A DNA stretch of 64,000 bases, from the NCBI GenBank assembly GCA_910588065.1, contig CAJUPZ010000013.1, positions 8,142-72,141 of the forward strand, in the 5' to 3' direction. The stretch comes from an uncultured Muribaculaceae bacterium. GTDB taxonomy: Bacteria; Bacteroidota; Bacteroidia; Bacteroidales; Muribaculaceae. Below the pieces are notes generated by a model, which saw only the letters and a program-made list of their open reading frames with translations, had not been told where the DNA came from and searched no databases. Shown here in pieces: positions 1-10,023 of the stretch (position 1 is its first letter; every line of letters begins with the position of its first letter). The translations under genes were made by a program, and so were the position numbers.

Positions 1-691
1 GGCTCACAACAGCCATCAGCAAATAGAGCAGTATGCTCCACGCCAATCCGGGGATGCCCTGGAAGATTACAAACAGCAGCGCTCCGGCCAGCAGAATGTA
101 GCGCTTGTAGTTGGAGCGCCAGTCAAAGGAACTGAACTTCAACGAGAACATAGGCAGAGGAATCACCATCAGCCAACTGAACAGCAGCATCAGGATACCG
201 GTGGCAAGGGCTCCGGGAAATACATGGGCGTGAATCCAAGCCACAACACCCACCCAGAACAGGGCGTTTGCAGGAATAGGCAAGCCGATAAAAGAGGTTG
301 TCTGCCGCTCATCGACATTGAAAATCGCAAGCCTTATACCCCCGCAAAGCACTATCGCAAGAGCAGCGAACGCCCAGGCGCTGCCGGGGGCGAAATAGCC
401 GACGGTGTTATACATCAGCATAGCCGGTGCGAGACCGAAGCTTATTAAATCTGACAGCGAGTCAAGCTCCTTGCCTACAGAGGAATACTCTTTCATCAGC
501 CTGGCTGTGGCACCGTCAAGAAAATCAAACACGGCTGAGGCGGCGATGAAAATGAAAGCCCATTGGTAGCCACACAGCCCCCATACAGGCTCTTCATAAT
601 GAAACGCCATGATTACAGCCATCGCTCCGCTCAGCAGATTGAGGCAGGTTATGGAATTGGCTATATTGGCGCGTATCTTGCGAAACATCAT
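1..691 (-). CDS. pssA: CDP-diacylglycerol--serine O-phosphatidyltransferase (partial; C-terminal part is off-window)
   Basis: Not in the ORF track because it runs off the window. Manual minus-strand translation from ATG 689-691 gives MMFRKIRANIANSITCLNLLSG... The CDP-alcohol phosphatidyltransferase motif DGxxAR..G...D...D appears as DFLDGATARLMKEYSSVGKELDSLSD. ATGA overlap with the psd stop. Confidence 0.85.
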   Translation of the reverse strand, partial: MMFRKIRANIANSITCLNLLSGAMAVIMAFHYEEPVWGLCGYQWAFIFIAASAVFDFLDGATARLMKEYSSVGKELDSLSDLISFGLAPAMLMYNTVGYFAPGSAWAFAALAIVLCGGIRLAIFNVDERQTTSFIGLPIPANALFWVGVVAWIHAHVFPGALATGILMLLFSWLMVIPLPMFSLKFSSFDWRSNYKRYILLAGALLFVIFQGIPGLAWSILLYLLMAVVS

Positions 692-1371
692 GCTTCTTTG
701 TTATTGGGTTTCAGGCGGGCCACCGGAGTGATGCCGCCTGTGGTCTTGTCTCCGATATTGACAAACACTTCTGTGCCGAGCGGAAGGAAAATATCCACAC
801 GCGAGCCGAACTTAATAAATCCGAGCTGCTCGTCTATGCAGCAATCCTCACCGGCCTCGGCGTACGTGACAATGCGTCTGGCAACCGCTCCGGCAATCTG
901 GCGTACAAGTATCTCCTGACCGTTCTGCGCGCGCAGAAGTATTGTTGAACGCTCATTGTCTGTGCTCGCCTTGGGCAGGTAAGCCGACAGGAAACGCCCC
1001 GCATGATGGCGTACAAGAAGAACCTTGCCGTTGATCGGAAACCAGTTGGCATGCACATTAAAAACACTCATGAACACGGAAAGTTGAATAACCTTGCGGT
1101 GAAGGCACTCACTCTCATACACCTCCTCGAGTGCAACTACCGTGCCGTCTACCGACGACACCACCATATCTGTGCTGTCGCCCCGGAAATGGCGCCTCGG
1201 TGAGCGGAAAAAATTGAGAACAAGCAGATAGAGCACTCCCGACACACATGAAAATATAATAGGAATCACCGCCGGACGTATAAACATCCATGCGGAAGCG
1301 TTGATGACAGCCAGCATAAGCAGCAATATCACCAGAATATTCGTTCCTTCTCTGTGTATCTTTACTTTCAT
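688..1371 (-). CDS. psd: phosphatidylserine decarboxylase family protein
   Basis: ORF 688-1386. The first track codon is TTG, so I prefer the ATG at 1369-1371 (MKVKIHREGT...). N-terminal TM segment, C-terminal LGFIKFGSRVDIFLP region typical of Bacteroidetes Psd, and coupling to pssA. Confidence 0.85.
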   Translation of the reverse strand: MKVKIHREGTNILVILLLMLAVINASAWMFIRPAVIPIIFSCVSGVLYLLVLNFFRSPRRHFRGDSTDMVVSSVDGTVVALEEVYESECLHRKVIQLSVFMSVFNVHANWFPINGKVLLVRHHAGRFLSAYLPKASTDNERSTILLRAQNGQEILVRQIAGAVARRIVTYAEAGEDCCIDEQLGFIKFGSRVDIFLPLGTEVFVNIGDKTTGGITPVARLKPNNKEA

Positions 1372-1399
1372 TATGTCAGTGCGCAACCGAATTTATTCA

Positions 1400-1407
1400 C
1401 AAAGGTA
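1400..1407 (-). promoter_or_regulatory. -7 promoter box (TAnnTTTG) for psd-pssA
   Basis: Minus strand TACCTTTG, 28 nt before ATG 1371. Confidence 0.55.
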
Positions 1408-1438
1408 CTAATTTTTTTGTAACAAACCGACATTATTA

Positions 1439-1446
1439 TAATTTTG
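1439..1446 (+). promoter_or_regulatory. -7 promoter box for the ABC ATPase gene
   Basis: TAATTTTG only 7 nt before ATG 1454, implying a near-leaderless mRNA. Confidence 0.4.
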
Positions 1447-1453
1447 CAACATA

Positions 1454-2239
1454 ATGAAGCGACGACCTTCCATACAGCTCAATGATGTCGCCACAGGATA
1501 CTCAGGCGGCAATAAGCAGGTTATAATAGCAAACCACCTTGATTCACAGCTTTTTAGCGGCGAGCTGACCTGTCTTCTCGGCAGCAACGGCGCCGGAAAG
1601 TCAACACTGCTCAAAACTATCGCCGGATTCCAGCCGCCGCTCGCCGGCACAATAACGCTTATGGGCAGGGAGCTGACAGAATACAAGCCGACTGAAATCG
1701 GTAAGACAATAGGAGTGGTACTCACCGAAAAAAACAGTGCGCCGGATATGACCCTGCGTCAGGTGGTGGAACTCGGGCGAAGTCCGTACACAGGTTTCTG
1801 GGGAAGGCTGTCAGCATCCGACCGCGGGATTGTTTCGCAAGCTATCGCCACCATGGGGCTGACTCACCTTGAAAACCGTGTCATCAGCACCCTAAGCGAC
1901 GGTGAACGCCAGAAAACATTCATTGCCAAGGCCATCGCGCAGCAGACACCCATCATAATTCTTGACGAGCCGACGGCGTTTCTCGACTATCCAAGCAAGG
2001 TAGAGATTATGCAGCTGCTCAGAACTCTATGCCACACTGCCGGAAAAACAATATTTCTATCTACCCACGACCTTGACCTGGCTCTGCAGATGGCTGACAG
2101 AATATGGCTGCTCGACAAAGAGATAGGGCTGTCTACCGGCACACCCGCTGAACTTGGAGCCGCCGGCACAATAGGCCGCTACTTCGACAATGCCAATGTG
2201 AGCTACAGCGCTGCAGACCGCCGCTTCATCATATACTGA
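1454..2239 (+). CDS. ABC transporter ATP-binding protein (FepC/FecE-like), no adjacent permease
   Basis: Walker A GSNGAGKST, ABC signature LSDGERQ, Walker B IIILDEPT, H-loop STHD. Confidence 0.85.
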   Translation: MKRRPSIQLNDVATGYSGGNKQVIIANHLDSQLFSGELTCLLGSNGAGKSTLLKTIAGFQPPLAGTITLMGRELTEYKPTEIGKTIGVVLTEKNSAPDMTLRQVVELGRSPYTGFWGRLSASDRGIVSQAIATMGLTHLENRVISTLSDGERQKTFIAKAIAQQTPIIILDEPTAFLDYPSKVEIMQLLRTLCHTAGKTIFLSTHDLDLALQMADRIWLLDKEIGLSTGTPAELGAAGTIGRYFDNANVSYSAADRRFIIY

Positions 2240-2250
2240 CAGCGGCGCGC

Positions 2251-3390
2251 TTACTGCTTGGGGGCGAGGCGGAATGAGATTACGCCAAGGTTGCCGTCAG
2301 GTGCGGGATTGCCCTCGGCATCAACTGTCTGCTCATGGCTCACCAAGGCATAGAATCTTCCGTCAGCCACATAAAACAGGTTCTGAATAAGGAATGTAAC
2401 ACCTTTCCACTCAATTGCAAATCCGGAATTCTCATCCGCGTACGACATAATGTTGCGTCCGAGATGCGCACCGGTCTTTCTTGAGAATATGTCTATGAAA
2501 AAATTGCCACCGTATGCCGAATATATCATCAGATGCTCACCGTCTGACAGAAAATAGTTGAATTCTATATATTTACTGCGCTTCTCCTTGGTAATCTTGT
2601 AATCCTTCTGATTAAGGTACACATCCTTTTCCACCTGCGGGGTAAGCGCCTTGCCGCCTCGTGAAAGAACAGCCACAGGCTCCATTTTGCCGGGCAACAG
2701 AGTGTACATGGTGTCAACGACATTCATCAAAGCTTCCTCGCCTGATGTATTGTAAGCCATTGAGATATACATCGGATCATAGTTCTCGACAATCAGCGTG
2801 TCAACCGGTTCTGTTTTGCTGTTGAGCTGATGAATAAGCATATTTCCATCCACAACCTCGGGAATATTTATACCGCGCGCTATGGAGCCGGCCGCAAACA
2901 TGGTGTTTCTCGTATTGTATGAAGGATATGCCTCGACAAGGCTGTCAGACAGAGTGTAACGGCTCGCGGACCTGTTGCCTCCCTTTATTACCATCTGCTG
3001 ACTCGGGCGGTCTACAAACACTGATTCTATCCAGGTGTATTCACCGGGACCCTGGCCGCAGTGGCTGATGTTGCGGATAAAGTGTCCGTCTGACAGACTG
3101 AAAAGCACCAGATGAGAGTTTTCACCCATCATACTCATTTCATGGATTATGACAGTATCACCTGCTATAGCAGAAATAACAGGACGATTACCAAGCAATG
3201 CATCGGTAGCGGTGTCAAGCGGAATGTATCTCACATCATCTATCTCAATATCCATGAAAGCAGGCACATCAACAAGGGCTTCCATATCAATCACAGGCAC
3301 ATCGCCGGTGCCGGATGCCGATGAGCCGCCGCAGGAGCCGGCAAGGAAACACACTGCGCCGCACAATGCTGCAAAAACTACTTTTCTCAT
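2251..3390 (-). CDS. lipoprotein of unknown function (possibly 6-bladed beta-propeller, BF3164-like)
   Basis: ORF 2251-3444. The start is set at the internal ATG 3388-3390 (MRKVVFAALCGAVCFLAGSCGG, a lipobox), which lies 23 nt downstream of a -7 box. The family guess is weak. Confidence 0.6.
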   Translation of the reverse strand: MRKVVFAALCGAVCFLAGSCGGSSASGTGDVPVIDMEALVDVPAFMDIEIDDVRYIPLDTATDALLGNRPVISAIAGDTVIIHEMSMMGENSHLVLFSLSDGHFIRNISHCGQGPGEYTWIESVFVDRPSQQMVIKGGNRSASRYTLSDSLVEAYPSYNTRNTMFAAGSIARGINIPEVVDGNMLIHQLNSKTEPVDTLIVENYDPMYISMAYNTSGEEALMNVVDTMYTLLPGKMEPVAVLSRGGKALTPQVEKDVYLNQKDYKITKEKRSKYIEFNYFLSDGEHLMIYSAYGGNFFIDIFSRKTGAHLGRNIMSYADENSGFAIEWKGVTFLIQNLFYVADGRFYALVSHEQTVDAEGNPAPDGNLGVISFRLAPKQ

Positions 3391-3413
3391 AATCGGTTCA
3401 ATATATTTTGATG

Positions 3414-3421
3414 CAAAAGTA
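3414..3421 (-). promoter_or_regulatory. -7 promoter box for the lipoprotein gene 2251-3390
   Basis: Minus strand TACTTTTG, 23 nt before ATG 3390. Confidence 0.55.
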
Positions 3422-3485
3422 TGAAATATAGCATGGATTGTCAAATCACATTATTAAATTTTTGGGCTGGGTGTCAACTAATTCG

Positions 3486-3493
3486 TATCTTTG
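3486..3493 (+). promoter_or_regulatory. -7 promoter box for dapB-lepB-wbqC
   Basis: TATCTTTG, 22 nt before ATG 3516. Confidence 0.6.
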
Positions 3494-3515
3494 CAGCTGC
3501 AACAGACCGTTTATT

Positions 3516-4277
3516 ATGAAAATCGCTCTTATAGGCTACGGCAAAATGGGCCATGTCATCGAGGAGATAGCCATCTCCAGAGGCCACGAAATAGTGTGCA
3601 TCATTGATGCCGACAATACCGCTGACTTTGATTCCGAGGCATTTGCTTCGGCAGAAGTGGCTATAGAATTCTCAACCCCCTCAACCGCGTTCAGCAATTG
3701 CGTGGCCGCCCTTGAACGGGGTGTGAAGGTGGTGTGCGGCACCACAGCATGGGTATCGCGACTGCCTGAAATCAAGCAACTTACCGAAAAGCTCGGGGGC
3801 ACCTTCTTCTGGAGCTCAAACTACAGCATCGGAGTAAACATTTTCTTCGCTCTCAACCGCTACCTCGCCACCATGATGGCAGGATTCAGCCAGTACACCC
3901 CCGAGATGACCGAGATACACCACATACACAAACTCGACCATCCGAGCGGCACAGCCATAAGCCTTGCCGAGGGTATCATTGAGAGCGACCCTGCTGTAAC
4001 CGGCTGGACCGAGGATAATCCTTCGGCAGACAATCTGCTGACAATCAACCATCAGAGAGAAGGGGAGGTGCCCGGCACCCATATCATCAAATGGGATTCG
4101 CCTGTCGACACCATTAAAATTGAACACTGCGCCAAGAGCCGCCGCGGATTCGCACTCGGAGCCGTTGTGGCAGCCGAATGGATTGCATCGCGCAGCGGCT
4201 TCCTGAGCATGGACAATCTGATGCACTCATTTATAAGCAACACCGCCCTTCTCGACATCCTCAAACCCGCAAAATGA
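3516..4277 (+). CDS. dapB: 4-hydroxy-tetrahydrodipicolinate reductase
   Basis: MKIALIGYGKMGHVIE Rossmann N-terminus and EIHHIHKLDHPSGTA signature. The start is the internal ATG 22 nt after a -7 box. Confidence 0.9.
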   Translation: MKIALIGYGKMGHVIEEIAISRGHEIVCIIDADNTADFDSEAFASAEVAIEFSTPSTAFSNCVAALERGVKVVCGTTAWVSRLPEIKQLTEKLGGTFFWSSNYSIGVNIFFALNRYLATMMAGFSQYTPEMTEIHHIHKLDHPSGTAISLAEGIIESDPAVTGWTEDNPSADNLLTINHQREGEVPGTHIIKWDSPVDTIKIEHCAKSRRGFALGAVVAAEWIASRSGFLSMDNLMHSFISNTALLDILKPAK

Positions 4278-5761
4278 ACAACAACGACAATACACCCGCC
4301 GCAAAGCTTACCTTCAAGGAGGATCTTCTGAAAAGAATAGCCGACACCAAAACCACCCGCTGGTGGAGATTCGGCATTGTCGCCGCTCTGTTTCTGGCAT
4401 GGGTGGCCTGGATGGGCAACTGGTGGTTCGCTCTGCTGCTTATCCTTCTTTTCGACATCTATATCACCGGCTACATCCCATTCACATGGTGGAAAAAAAG
4501 CAAAAACAAGATGGTGAGGTCGGTGATGAGCTGGGTGGATGCTATTGTATACGCGCTCATTCTCGTTTACTTTGTATTCGCATTCGTTGGCCAGAACTAT
4601 CAGATACCCACATCATCGCTTGAAAAAACACTTCTTGTGGGCGATTACCTGTGGGTGAACAAAATGGTGTACGGACCGAGAGTGCCGATGACTCCGGTGC
4701 ACTTCCCGCTGGTGCAGAATACATTCCCCATCATAAACACAAAAAGCTATCTCGACAATCCTCAGGTAAGCTACCGACGTCTTAAGGGATTGCGCTCAGT
4801 GGAGAGGGGCGACATTGTTGTTTTCAACTTCCCTGCCGGCGACAGCGTGCTGCCCAAACTCGCCGACCCCGGCAGCACATCGCCCTTCAGAGGCATCGAC
4901 TACTATTCACTTGAAAAAATAATAGGCAAGCAGGCTATCAATGCCAGGAAGAGCGAATTCGGCGAACTGATGTATCGTCCGGTAGACCGCAGAGACAACT
5001 ATGTGAAGCGCTGTGTGGGACTTCCCGGAGAGATGATCGGTATAAGGGACGGAGTTATATACATCGACGGCAAGCCGCTGCCCCAACCCGAAAATGTACA
5101 GTTTGTATATTGGTTTCAAACCAAATTTCCCCTGCTTGACGCTCAGTGGGAGGAATTCGAAATAGCTGCCGACGACCGCAAGGGTGCCGACATATCCACA
5201 GCCGATATTGAGCTGCTGCAGGCAAACGGCTTTGTGGCCGGCGACAACACCAAGCCGATTTACTCAGCACCGCTCACAGAAGAAATGGTGCAGAAAATCA
5301 AATCGTCACCCGCCACAGTGGCCATTGTGAAAGCACCGGTGAGAAACGACGAATACCTGTTTCCTGACGGCATATCAGCCAACTGGACCCATGCAGACTA
5401 CGGCGAGCTGTGGATTCCCAAAAAAGGAGCATCCATAACCCTCACCCCGACAACATGGGCTATATACAACCGCGCTATCCGAAACTACGAGGGACACCAC
5501 GACGCATACCTCGGTGAGGATGGCAAAGTGTATATCGACGGCAAACCGACATCGAAGTACACATTCACCATGGACTACTACTTCATGATGGGCGACAACC
5601 GCGACAATTCGCTTGACAGCCGCTACTGGGGTTTTGTGCCTGAGGATCATATTGTGGGCACACCGATGAGAGTGCTCATATCATTTGACAAAGACAAGAA
5701 CCTGCTCAACGGAGGCATACGCTGGAACCGCATTCTCAAGGATGCAAACCCCGATGACTGA
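4274..5761 (+). CDS. lepB: signal peptidase I
   Basis: N-terminal TM segments, Ser box IPTSSLEKTL, Lys box YVKRCVGLPGE, and box E GDNRDNSLDSRYWGFVP. ATGA overlap with the dapB stop. Confidence 0.85.
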   Translation: MNNNDNTPAAKLTFKEDLLKRIADTKTTRWWRFGIVAALFLAWVAWMGNWWFALLLILLFDIYITGYIPFTWWKKSKNKMVRSVMSWVDAIVYALILVYFVFAFVGQNYQIPTSSLEKTLLVGDYLWVNKMVYGPRVPMTPVHFPLVQNTFPIINTKSYLDNPQVSYRRLKGLRSVERGDIVVFNFPAGDSVLPKLADPGSTSPFRGIDYYSLEKIIGKQAINARKSEFGELMYRPVDRRDNYVKRCVGLPGEMIGIRDGVIYIDGKPLPQPENVQFVYWFQTKFPLLDAQWEEFEIAADDRKGADISTADIELLQANGFVAGDNTKPIYSAPLTEEMVQKIKSSPATVAIVKAPVRNDEYLFPDGISANWTHADYGELWIPKKGASITLTPTTWAIYNRAIRNYEGHHDAYLGEDGKVYIDGKPTSKYTFTMDYYFMMGDNRDNSLDSRYWGFVPEDHIVGTPMRVLISFDKDKNLLNGGIRWNRILKDANPDD

Positions 5762-6416
5762 GCCGCACCCGATGGCATCTCCGCTTATAAAATTTCCTCA
5801 GAAAAGCATTGTGCTGCCGCCGCAGTTTTTCGGCAGCATAGGCTACTACGCCCTGGCGGCAGCCTACGGCAAAGTGTATATTCACAATGGAATGCGGTTT
5901 GACAAACGCTTCAAATCCACCCACCGCACAACCATCGCCGACACCAGAGGAACCATTGAGCTTACCGTGCCTGTGAGCAAGCCTCACAGCAGCTCACAGG
6001 CAGCGTGGAGCGACATCACGGTGTCAGCCCACGGCGGATGGTGGAATGTACAGCTCACAGCCCTGGAATCAGCCTACGGACGCACCCCCTTCTTTGAATT
6101 CTATATAGATTCGCTGAAACACCTTTTCAGCGCCGATATGTGTGGCAGGCCGGTGACTGAACTTGACAGAGAGGCAGACACTGCAGTGCGCGCCCTTTTA
6201 GGCCTCGACAACGAAGTTATTTATCTGGAGGGGAGTGAGCTGCCTGAATATGCTTATGACGCACGGAAAACAGAGCTGCCGCAAGCATCCGAGCCTTACT
6301 ACCAGGTGCGCGCCGACAAACTTGGATTCATACCCGGGCTGAGCATTCTCGACCTGCTGTTCAACCTCGGGCCGGAAGCCCCTCTCTATCTGAAAAAAGT
6401 AATTGACCTGCTATAG
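5754..6416 (+). CDS. WbqC family protein
   Basis: LPPQFFGSIGYYALAAAYGKVYIH...DKRFKSTHRTTIADTRGTIELTVPV matches the WbqC-like family pattern. The start ATG 5754 overlaps the lepB end. Confidence 0.7.
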   Translation: MTEPHPMASPLIKFPQKSIVLPPQFFGSIGYYALAAAYGKVYIHNGMRFDKRFKSTHRTTIADTRGTIELTVPVSKPHSSSQAAWSDITVSAHGGWWNVQLTALESAYGRTPFFEFYIDSLKHLFSADMCGRPVTELDREADTAVRALLGLDNEVIYLEGSELPEYAYDARKTELPQASEPYYQVRADKLGFIPGLSILDLLFNLGPEAPLYLKKVIDLL

Positions 6417-6938
6417 AGTTGATAGGGCACGGAGCGCCTCCATTATTTCCATACGGCTCATTATGCGGCGGCGCTTGAAAGTGTCGGCAAAATCATGCAC
6501 AACACTCTGCACACCGCTGTGGTTGAACACTCTGAACAGCATAGTGTACTCCTTATTGAAAATGTGGCTTATCTCATCATCCTCCAGCCCGCAACTCTCC
6601 TTGCCCTCGGTTGCCACAACATCAAAAATACGCTGTCTCAGCTCGGGAGACACAGCGGAGCGGTCGAGCACCATGCGGCGACACATCACATTGCTTATAA
6701 GCATGGCAACAGTGAGGCTGTAATTGTCCCTTATCTGCTGCCAGGCGCTTTTAGCGGACAGTCCCGGATTGCCGTTGAAATAAAACATATCCTGCATATC
6801 CATGATTTCACCGGGATTAGCGTCAAGGTTCATTGATGAAAGCAGATCCTCACCGTTAAACACCATCAGCCCCACCGCCATACCGGTTGCGCCGTAGCAT
6901 TTGTCATCTTCGTTGCTGTATGATAGTTTGCCGTTCAT
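6411..6938 (-). CDS. hypothetical protein (175 aa)
   Basis: Clean ATG ORF with a -7 box 42 nt upstream. No family recognised by eye. Confidence 0.5.
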   Translation of the reverse strand: MNGKLSYSNEDDKCYGATGMAVGLMVFNGEDLLSSMNLDANPGEIMDMQDMFYFNGNPGLSAKSAWQQIRDNYSLTVAMLISNVMCRRMVLDRSAVSPELRQRIFDVVATEGKESCGLEDDEISHIFNKEYTMLFRVFNHSGVQSVVHDFADTFKRRRIMSRMEIMEALRALSTL

Positions 6939-6980
6939 ATCAGAGTATGTTGTTAAGTGGTCCTCATTGCTTGTTCAGTA

Positions 6981-6988
6981 CAAAGTTA
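6981..6988 (-). promoter_or_regulatory. -7 promoter box for hypothetical gene 6411-6938
   Basis: Minus strand TAACTTTG, 42 nt before ATG 6938. Confidence 0.5.
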
Positions 6989-7036
6989 CAACAAATACAG
7001 CAATAAAGTTGCTCACCCGCTCGCCATTTTATTTTG

Positions 7037-9415
7037 TCAGCGGACAATCATCAGTTTTGCTGTAGCTCCTTTTGCCGATTCTGATGCGTTGGATGATACA
7101 AAAACATAGTACACTCCTGTGCGCACACGGCGGCCTGCACTGTTCTCGGTATTCCATGTAATCATGCCTCCTTCGGCCCGGCCCTGCCAAACAACAGCCC
7201 CGGCACTGTCGGCAATCTTAACCAGAGAACCATCCATAAGCCCCTCAATTGTCACGTCACCGCCATATTCGGGTGTAACCGGGTTAGGGTATATCTTTAT
7301 GTCAGAAAAGCTGTCAGCGGGCTTTGTAGCGTCGCTTCCGTACTCCATTATACCTCCGGGAGTTGAAAAGTAAACAGAGTTGCTGAGCTGATCGGCATAC
7401 ACCGCGTTGACTTTGCGCGAGGGCAGTGGTGAATTGTCAGGCGTGAAATGCCTTATAATCTCGTTGCCATAGGGATTTACAAGATACACACCGCCATCGC
7501 GGGTAGCCACCCACTTGCGGTTTGCACCGTCAACACTGATATCCAATACAATGTCGGTTTCAGCGAAGTAATCGGCAAGTCCTGTACCGTCGTTATGGTC
7601 TATTTTAAGCCTTCTCACTATCATTGACGGATTTATGGCATCTTCCGGATGGCTTATTTCAAAAATACCGTCGGTAGTACCCATCCATATCTTTCCGTCA
7701 GCATCTTCGGCTATAGAGGTTATGTAGCGCGGAACGAAAATCTTGCCGTCCGTATCGGTCAGCTCCGTCCACAGCATGCTGCGATCGTCGTTGAAATTGT
7801 CAGGTGTGCCGTTTGTGTGATAGGCAACGAAGCGGTGCTTGGTGTTGTAAGAGAAAATAAACGCCATATCAGACTTGCGGCAATGGAAAATACGGATATC
7901 CTTTTCATTTACAAATCCGTCGAGATTCGGCAAAATCCAGTCGTTGCGGCTTACAGCAGAGGGGTCGGCAGCAAGTTTGGCTGCCGGAAGCACCATGACG
8001 CATTGGCTTGCGGTAACTCCGTCAGCACCCACCCACATATTTCCGGAGCGGTCGAAACTCACCTCATACACGCGGCTGCCCCACGGGGTGCCCATAGGCG
8101 AATTCGATGCGTCGTATCTGCCGCTATATATGCCGTCTGTCACTCTGTACAGTCCATCGTTTCCGGTGCCTAAATAATATGTGTTCATATCCACAGGACT
8201 CTCCGCAAGGCGTGTAGTGGCACCTGCCAATCCACTCCGTGCGGGGTAGAAATCGGCTGCCGGACTTCCTGCCGTAACCCCCTTGGCGGCTACATCAGCA
8301 AGCACTTCACCACTCAAACGGGTGGTAGCCTGAGGATAATTTGTTCCGTCACTCTCTGTCGAGTAAGAAACACGGTAGTTTGTAGGCCCGAGGTTTGTGA
8401 AATATATTCTCTCACCATCAGCCGACGGTATTATGAAAGATGCTTCCATTACAGAAGAAGCATCTGGGCGGAAAGACTCTGAGGTGCAGCTCCAGCTGCC
8501 GCCATTTCTCACCCAAGAGCTTATGCCTTTATCGGTGAGCAGCCATGCGTTGGAGGCGGGATCCATACCACCCAGTATGAAACCGTTGGTCTGTTCAGGC
8601 AGATATATAAAATTGTGGTTTTCCACCACATCGGTGCCGTTGCTGTAAAACACTCTCCTGCCGCTTAAAACAAAGTGCTGGTTGCACTCTCCAATATCTT
8701 TGGCAGAAGCCACAGCGCCGTCTGCGAAAGTTATCAACCTCGCCTTGTAGGCATCTCTCGCTATAAGATTGTCATTTTCATCGATTGCAAACTCCAGAAA
8801 AGTGCCCGGCGAACCGGCAACGTTCCAGTTTTCGAGCCTGTTTATGCGGTTGCCACGGTCAATGGTAAGAAGCTGCTCGCCGACTGAAATGAAAATTTTT
8901 GAGCCGGAGGCAGCAATTGCGGTGACGGGGGTGTTGTAAATACCTGAGTCAGTTACCTTTCGGGAGGAGACATTGAAAATCACCACCCCGAAACCGGTAG
9001 CCACAAAAATATCATTGCCGCTGACAGCAACATCATTAATGGTCTTTGACAGCGAGCTGTTTGAATCCTTTATGTCAGACAGATTGGTTACACTGCCGTC
9101 AGGCATCAGCAGGTCGATATTGCCGTTTGAGTAGCACACAACAACAAATTCATCCTCAGGATGCGGATATATGGCGCTGACAATATAATCGCTGAGGGAA
9201 TTGCCGGCAGTGTATGCGTATGTTTCCTGATTTGACTTGTCGTATGAGAACAGACCGCCACCGGCAAGATAATAAACCTTCTCACCGGTCTCCACAACCT
9301 GCATGGCAGGTCTGGAAAAGGTGGGCAAGACCCGCCATTCAGAAACAGGCAGAGCAGCCTGCAGCAGCGCTGCCGCTGAGAGCAGGGCAGACACCAACAG
9401 AGCGCGCGGTCTCAT
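7037..9415 (-). CDS. secreted beta-propeller protein with T9SS C-terminal sorting domain (PorZ-like)
   Basis: Signal peptide MRPRALLVSALLSAAALLQA. Two-component-regulator-propeller type repeats (DADGKIWMGTTDGIFEI, DGANRKWVATRDGGVYLV). C-terminal IKIYPNPVT...TGVYYVFV...AKLMIVR CTD. At 792 aa the size is similar to PorZ. Confidence 0.65.
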   Translation of the reverse strand: MRPRALLVSALLSAAALLQAALPVSEWRVLPTFSRPAMQVVETGEKVYYLAGGGLFSYDKSNQETYAYTAGNSLSDYIVSAIYPHPEDEFVVVCYSNGNIDLLMPDGSVTNLSDIKDSNSSLSKTINDVAVSGNDIFVATGFGVVIFNVSSRKVTDSGIYNTPVTAIAASGSKIFISVGEQLLTIDRGNRINRLENWNVAGSPGTFLEFAIDENDNLIARDAYKARLITFADGAVASAKDIGECNQHFVLSGRRVFYSNGTDVVENHNFIYLPEQTNGFILGGMDPASNAWLLTDKGISSWVRNGGSWSCTSESFRPDASSVMEASFIIPSADGERIYFTNLGPTNYRVSYSTESDGTNYPQATTRLSGEVLADVAAKGVTAGSPAADFYPARSGLAGATTRLAESPVDMNTYYLGTGNDGLYRVTDGIYSGRYDASNSPMGTPWGSRVYEVSFDRSGNMWVGADGVTASQCVMVLPAAKLAADPSAVSRNDWILPNLDGFVNEKDIRIFHCRKSDMAFIFSYNTKHRFVAYHTNGTPDNFNDDRSMLWTELTDTDGKIFVPRYITSIAEDADGKIWMGTTDGIFEISHPEDAINPSMIVRRLKIDHNDGTGLADYFAETDIVLDISVDGANRKWVATRDGGVYLVNPYGNEIIRHFTPDNSPLPSRKVNAVYADQLSNSVYFSTPGGIMEYGSDATKPADSFSDIKIYPNPVTPEYGGDVTIEGLMDGSLVKIADSAGAVVWQGRAEGGMITWNTENSAGRRVRTGVYYVFVSSNASESAKGATAKLMIVR

Positions 9416-9990
9416 TGGTTGAGAAGGTATTTCATCAGAGCTGCGGTAGCCCTGCCTCGGTGACTGACAGCGTTTTTAGCATCGGCATCCATCTCGGCAA
9501 ATGTGACGGAGCTCTCAAGAGGTTTGAAAACAGGGTCGTAGCCAAACCCTCCGCATCCGGCGGGAACAGTGGTTATCTCACCCTCCACAACACCCTCAAA
9601 CAGGCGAATATCGCTGCCTTGGGCAAGCGCTATGACCGTGCGGAAGCGGGCGCTCCGGTTTGTCTCGCCTTCGAGATTTTTGAGGAGCAGAGCCATATTG
9701 GCAGCCGAGTCATGACCCGGGCCGGCATAGCGTGCGCTGTACACACCCGGCGCGCCGCCGAGAGCGTCCACCATCAGGCCGGTGTCGTCGGCAAAGCAGT
9801 CGTAGCCATACTTATCCTTCACCCAGCGGGCCTTTATTATGGCGTTGCCTTCAAGAGTGTCCGCTGTTTCGGGAATATCGTCATCACACCCTATATCCTC
9901 GAGCGACAGAATGTTCCAGGAGTCTCCGGCAATGCGCCGGAGCTCCTGAAGCTTATGTCTGTTGTTTGTAGCAAATACTATAGTTCTCAT
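9412..9990 (-). CDS. rdgB: non-canonical purine NTP pyrophosphatase (RdgB/HAM1 family)
   Basis: IVFATNNRHKLQE...FADDTGL...GAPGVYSARYAG...GFGYDPVF motifs. ATGA overlap with the downstream gene. Confidence 0.9.
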   Translation of the reverse strand: MRTIVFATNNRHKLQELRRIAGDSWNILSLEDIGCDDDIPETADTLEGNAIIKARWVKDKYGYDCFADDTGLMVDALGGAPGVYSARYAGPGHDSAANMALLLKNLEGETNRSARFRTVIALAQGSDIRLFEGVVEGEITTVPAGCGGFGYDPVFKPLESSVTFAEMDADAKNAVSHRGRATAALMKYLLNQ

Positions 9991-10023
9991 ACAGTGTAAT
10001 AACGTGAGTGTGTGCGATATATT

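Noticed and set aside
224-919. Plus-strand ORFs of 74 and 118 aa at the window start
   Set aside because: They are antisense to pssA and psd, which have clear family motifs.
9214-9999. 261-aa plus-strand ORF
   Set aside because: It is antisense to rdgB and to the 5' end of the PorZ-like gene, and it is Arg/Ala-rich.
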